NCBI GenBank assembly: GCA_963737905.1
Contig: CAVTUQ010000022.1
Location: forward strand, 138,061 to 202,060
Source: an uncultured delta proteobacterium
Lineage (GTDB): Bacteria > Desulfobacterota > Binatia > UBA9968
DNA length: 64,000 bases
Reading direction: 5' to 3'
In this document: positions 59,665-64,000 of the stretch, one piece after another
Position numbering within the stretch: the first letter of the stretch is position 1
Layout of the letters: every line of letters begins with the position of its first letter
Translations under genes and position numbers: made by a program
The notes under the pieces: generated by a model
Databases searched by the model: none
Told to the model about the DNA's origin: nothing
The model's input: the letters and a program-made list of their open reading frames with translations, nothing else

Positions 59665-61116
59665 ATGCACGACAGACAAAAAATATTACTGACCGGTGCT
59701 ACGGGTTATGTCGGCGGAAGGTTGCTTCGCGCTCTTGAAAACCGAGGCCTGAATCTCCGATGCCTCTCTCGCAAACCAGAAATGCTTCGCGGCCGGGTTG
59801 CGCCAACGACCGAAATTGCTTCTGGAGATTGCCTGGATTTGGCCTCCCTCCAGCAGGCAACGTCCGGCATTGAGACGGCTTATTATTTAGTGCATTCGAT
59901 GGGATCGGCAGGCTCGTTCGAAGATCAGGATCGCAGGTCGGCAGCTCACTTTGCTCAAGCAGCCGATCAAGCGGGCGTTCGCCGAATCATTTACTTAGGC
60001 GGATTGGGGGAAGGTTCTCTTTCCCCGCACTTGCGGAGCCGGCAGGAAGTGGGCGAGCTGCTGCGGTCATCCGGGGTTGAAGTCATTGAGTTTCGAGCGT
60101 CGATCGTCATCGGATCAGGAAGTCTCTCTTTCGAAATCATCCGGGCTTTGGTAGAGCGTTTGCCCGTCATGGTTTGCCCTAGGTGGGTATCAAAGGCGGC
60201 GCAGCCCATCGGCATCGAAGATCTGACGGATTATCTTTTGGCGGCCCTAGATCTTCCTTACGAAGGGAACCGTATTATTGAAATCGGCGGCCCGGATAAA
60301 GTTTCTTATCGCGATATCATGGCGGAATATGCGCGGCAGCGAGGATTGCATAGAGTCATGATCCCTATCCCGGTTCTAACCCCGCGGCTTTCCAGCCTTT
60401 GGCTGGGGCTTGTGACGCCGGTCTATGCACGCATCGGGCGGAAGCTTATAGACAGCATCCGTAACGCCACGGTCGTTAAAGATCCATCGGCATTAAATCT
60501 GTTTCCGATTAAACCGAAAGGACTGGGTGAAATGATCACCCGGGCGATGCAGAATGAAGATAACGAGTTTGCCGTGACTCGCTGGTCGGACGCCTTGTCC
60601 TCGACGGGTTTAGAGCGATTATGGGGAGGCGTTCGTTTGGGAAACCGCCTAGTCGATTCCCGAACAGTTGAGGTCGCGGTTCCGGCGGAAGAAGCGTTTC
60701 GACCGATTCGCCGGATTGGCGGCGCGACTGGATGGTATTACGGAAACTGGTTGTGGCGCTTGCGCGGCTTTGTCGACACCTTGGTTGGTGGGGCCGGGTT
60801 GCGCCGGGGCCGGCGGGATCCGGATTCCGTCCGGGTCGGGGATACGCTGGACTTTTGGCGCGTTGAGGCGATTGAGAATAACCGCAAGCTTTGCCTGCTT
60901 GCCGAGATGAAATTGCCGGGACGGGCTTGGTTGGAGTTCGAGGTGGAACCTCACGGCAAGACATCCGTGATTCGCCAGACAGCGATTTTTGATCCGATGG
61001 GTTTGGCGGGCTTGGCATATTGGTATGGACTATATCCCTTCCATCGATTGATATTCGCAAAAATGCTAAGTCGAATAGCCGAAGCCTGCCAAGAAAAAAC
61101 CAGGTTCGCCCAATAA
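59665..61116 (+). CDS. Atypical SDR/NAD(P)H-binding protein with DUF2867 domain (YbjT-like)
   Basis: TGATGYVG, YYLVHSM, IIYLGGLG, HLRSR, GG..GWY...LW.LRG..D, G..LDFWRV, AEMKLPG.AWL, F.P.GL.G..YW. Confidence 0.88.
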   Translation: MHDRQKILLTGATGYVGGRLLRALENRGLNLRCLSRKPEMLRGRVAPTTEIASGDCLDLASLQQATSGIETAYYLVHSMGSAGSFEDQDRRSAAHFAQAADQAGVRRIIYLGGLGEGSLSPHLRSRQEVGELLRSSGVEVIEFRASIVIGSGSLSFEIIRALVERLPVMVCPRWVSKAAQPIGIEDLTDYLLAALDLPYEGNRIIEIGGPDKVSYRDIMAEYARQRGLHRVMIPIPVLTPRLSSLWLGLVTPVYARIGRKLIDSIRNATVVKDPSALNLFPIKPKGLGEMITRAMQNEDNEFAVTRWSDALSSTGLERLWGGVRLGNRLVDSRTVEVAVPAEEAFRPIRRIGGATGWYYGNWLWRLRGFVDTLVGGAGLRRGRRDPDSVRVGDTLDFWRVEAIENNRKLCLLAEMKLPGRAWLEFEVEPHGKTSVIRQTAIFDPMGLAGLAYWYGLYPFHRLIFAKMLSRIAEACQEKTRFAQ

Positions 61117-61154
61117 CTATTGGATCAAAAATTCATGGGTAAGAACGAGGGAGA

Positions 61155-62544
61155 ATGTTCGTGGATTCTATTGAAGCGCTTTGTGATAACCCCCGGGTGA
61201 CGTTGAGAAAAGGAGGAGTCTTCGATCCCGAGGGGCAATGCGTTGTCTATTGGATGCAGCGTTCGCAAAGAGCGCTGGACAATCCGGCCCTGAACCTGGC
61301 GATCGAGGCTGCCAATCTGTTAAAAAGGCCGGTTGTGGTGTTCTTTAGTCTCATCCCGAATGCTCATCATGCCAATCGCCGCCATTATCAGTTCATGCTG
61401 AAAGGGCTTCAAGACGTCGCCCAGGGACTGAGAGCGCGCGGCGTCGGCTTCGTATTGCGCCGATTCCCTGATCACGATCTGTTGAAGTTCTGTTCAGAGG
61501 TTCGACCCTGTGTTGTGGTGAGTGACGAAAATCCCATGGCGGGCGCCGAGCGAGTCAGAACCCGAGTGGCGAGAGAGATAAAGGTTCCCTTTTGGACCGT
61601 GGACGCCGACGTGATCATTCCCACGAGGCTCTTGAGCAAAGAGCACTACGCCGCACGAACCATTCGGCCCAAGATTCATGCGCTATTATCAGAATTCCTC
61701 AGGCCTGTGGCCAATCCAAAGGCTCGAGTGCCGTGGAAAACGTCCTCTAATCCTCGTGCTTCGATCCCCGATCCGTCTTTGCTCGATGGTTTGTCAGTGG
61801 ATGATGCAACGGCGCCAGTGTCGGCTCAAAGGGGTGGCACGCAGGAAGCTCTAACGACGTTGCGGCGGTTTATCGTTCACAAACTCAAAGGTTATTCAAG
61901 GAATCGTAATCGCCCCGACCTAGACGGGACCAGCCGACTTTCCTCCTATCTTCACTTTGGCCATATCGGTCCTCATACCGTCGCATTGGCGGTTCAGAAA
62001 TCCGGTGCCCCGCTGCAAGATCGCTCGGCATTCCTCGAGGAGTTGATCGTGCGCAGGGAACTGGCGCACAACTTTGTGCGTTTCAACTCGCACTATGAAA
62101 CCTTTCACTCCGGCGAGCCGTGGGCTAATCGAACCCTGCGCATTCATGCGAACGACAAGCGAGAATACCTTTACTCTGAAGCGCAACTGGAGAACGCGGA
62201 AACTCACGATCCACTCTGGAACGCAGCCCAGAAGCAGATGGTGTTAACCGGTTGGATGCATGGATACCTGCGCATGTACTGGGCCAAGAAAATTCTCGAA
62301 TGGAGTCCGTCATGCCGCAGTCGCCTACGACATTGCAGTGAGACTCAACGACCGCTACGAGCTGGATGGGCGAGATCCGAACGGTTATGCGGGAATCGCC
62401 TGGGCGATCGTCGGCAAGCACGATCGTGCGTGGGGGCCGGAACGGCCCGTCTACGGCAAGATACGCTACATGTCCTACGCAAGCACTTCGCGGAAGTTCG
62501 ACAGCGGCGTCTATATCGCAAACATCAAGGCGCTTCAGAGATGA
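61155..62544 (+). CDS. phr: Class II CPD DNA photolyase (frameshift ~62312)
   Basis: [76 protein letters not shown]...G.HDR.W.ER...GKIRYM. Confidence 0.92.
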
Positions 62545-62559
62545 ATGGTCTGAATGGGA

Positions 62560-63087
62560 TCACTGCAATTCTCCAAAAGAAGTTTTTTGGCCTTCCGAAA
62601 GCGGGTGTGATTGCTTGACCGCCGTCGGGTCTTGCGGATTTGACCATCCGAACCTTTTGCGAAGGCGGTTATGTCTATAGGCAAAAATCCTCCTGAGATC
62701 GCGAGCGAGAAATAGTTTTTGGACGAGGATTCCGCCAGCCGTGGAATATTCGACTGTGTCCGCGACCAGGGTTCCGCCATTAAGTTCGGTAAAGGCGTGT
62801 TCGTGTATCCAAACTCGATAGGGTCCCCGAATTTGCCGGTCAACAAAACGATGGGGCGGCTCCCAGACACAGATTTCGCTTTGCCAACGGAGCGGGATGC
62901 CATACAGGCGAAGACGGTAATCGATCAACACACCGGATTTCACTTGCAGCGGCATCGGAGTATGGATTTCAAAATGCAACCATCCGGGAGTGAGGTCCTC
63001 AAGGTTCCGGGGATCGGCAAAGAAGGAAAATACCGTAGTCCTCTTCTGGGGCAGCCAGATCTCCGTCTTGAGTTTGTGGGTTTTCAT
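62560..63087 (-). CDS. SRPBCC-family protein
   Basis: VF.FF.DP.NL..LTP.WL.F, I.YRL.L.G.P..W...I..W.PP..F.D.Q..GPY..W.HEH.F, D.V.Y, IF.YR. Confidence 0.85.
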   Translation of the reverse strand: MKTHKLKTEIWLPQKRTTVFSFFADPRNLEDLTPGWLHFEIHTPMPLQVKSGVLIDYRLRLYGIPLRWQSEICVWEPPHRFVDRQIRGPYRVWIHEHAFTELNGGTLVADTVEYSTAGGILVQKLFLARDLRRIFAYRHNRLRKRFGWSNPQDPTAVKQSHPLSEGQKTSFGELQ

Positions 63088-63101
63088 CACGCAACGTGTT
63101 C

Positions 63102-64000
63102 CTACACGTGATTCCTGAGCATCAATTCTTTGGGGCTCGGTTGGAGATAAATCTGATTCTCCAGATAAGTCACCCGGTATTTTTTCACGTAGTGACGGAA
63201 CAAAGTGAGCGGCACCACGAGCGGGATCAGCCGCTGCCGAAAATCGCTCACCAGCTCTAGCAGCTCCTTGCGCTCCTCTTTCGAGAGCTCTTGAGAAAAA
63301 TAGCCCATCATGTGTTCGAGCACGTTACCATGTTTTTTTGCGGTCGCATGGCGAGCGAGTGCCTCCATGAACAACCAGCTGTATTGTTCATAGACCGCGG
63401 CGAGGGGTGACTGTTTGGCCTGGGCCACGATACGACCGAGCTTCCTGTAGTGGGGCTCGCTATGGGACAAGACAAGCAGTTTATGGCGGGTGTGAAAATC
63501 AACCAGAGATCGGACCGACCTCCGCTGGTGGCCGTATCGTTGCCAGCGATGATAGGCAAAAATTCGCTCGAACGAAGTTTTCGCGAAGAATCGGATTATT
63601 CAATCGGCCTTCTTCTTCGACCGGCAATAACGGCAGCTCAGTCATGACCGCGTTGGCGAAAAGACCGCGCCCCGCCCGGTTTGGAATGCCGTGGCGATTG
63701 TAGACGCGAACCCGTTCCATGCCGCAACTGGGTGAGTCTTTTTTGAAGATGTACCCGGAGAGTTCTAATTCTTTGAGCACCCGCACTCGCTGTGTGGCAA
63801 AGTGCTGCATGGCGTTGGTCCAATCCTGTCCGGAGCGCTCAGCGATCATCCTATAATCCGATACGTTCCCCACCAGTCGAACCGGCTCGCGCGGAACGCC
63901 CATGCCCACTTCGAATTCCGGACATACGGGAATCCACTCGACATGAAGCCCAAACGTATCCGTCAGAAAACGGTCTCTTTTATCGCCGCCGTCGTAGCGG
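63102..64000 (-). CDS. DUF523 (TudS)-DUF1722 (YbgA) fusion, RudS-like thiouridine desulfidase; 5'-truncated by the window, frameshift ~63570
   Basis: RYDGG.KRD, VCPE.E.GMG.PRE, K.DSPSCG, EEEGRL....RENF; after correction ERIFAY.RW, FH.RHK; H.NVL.H..GYF, YL..Q.YL.P.P.EL.LR. Confidence 0.85.

Overview
This is a 64-kb, mostly housekeeping chromosomal segment of a Gram-negative (diderm) bacterium. Gene order is deltaproteobacteria-like; Candidatus Binatia/Binatota is a plausible but unverified guess. In order it contains: (1) a minus-strand aromatic-catabolism operon (PaaK-like CoA ligase, hcrCAB-like molybdo-flavoenzyme, broken UbiD-family gene at the left edge); (2) orphan ABC substrate-binding protein, GNAT, acnA, MBL hydrolase, rlpA, fatty-acid hydroxylase; (3) yebC-ruvCAB-DUF2905-ntrY-[REC::lpxC]-DUF2203-queG; (4) yceD-rpmF-plsX-fabD-fabG-acpP (no fabH or fabF), rpiB-glyA-nrdR-rib genes-nusB-leuS-lptE (no holA), rpsT; (5) tatC, H+-PPase, tRNA-Leu(UAA), LOG, a TPP enzyme, sirB1 and a large radical SAM protein; (6) ftsEX-envC-ctpA-xseA-M23-xseB; (7) a light/UV-stress cluster (CruG-like glycosyltransferase, DUF2867 SDR, class II photolyase, SRPBCC, DUF523-DUF1722). 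The best candidate for a new system is an NtrY-type sensor kinase followed by an NtrX-like receiver domain fused in frame to an apparently intact LpxC, suggesting direct phospho-control of lipid A synthesis. Also notable are a RibBA with a degenerate RibB half, an HcrA with Gln at the usual catalytic Glu, and a radical SAM protein with a duplicated C-terminal module. About a dozen single-base frameshifts, including in essential leuS, are most likely sequencing/assembly errors. All calls come from motif reading by eye; no database searches were run.
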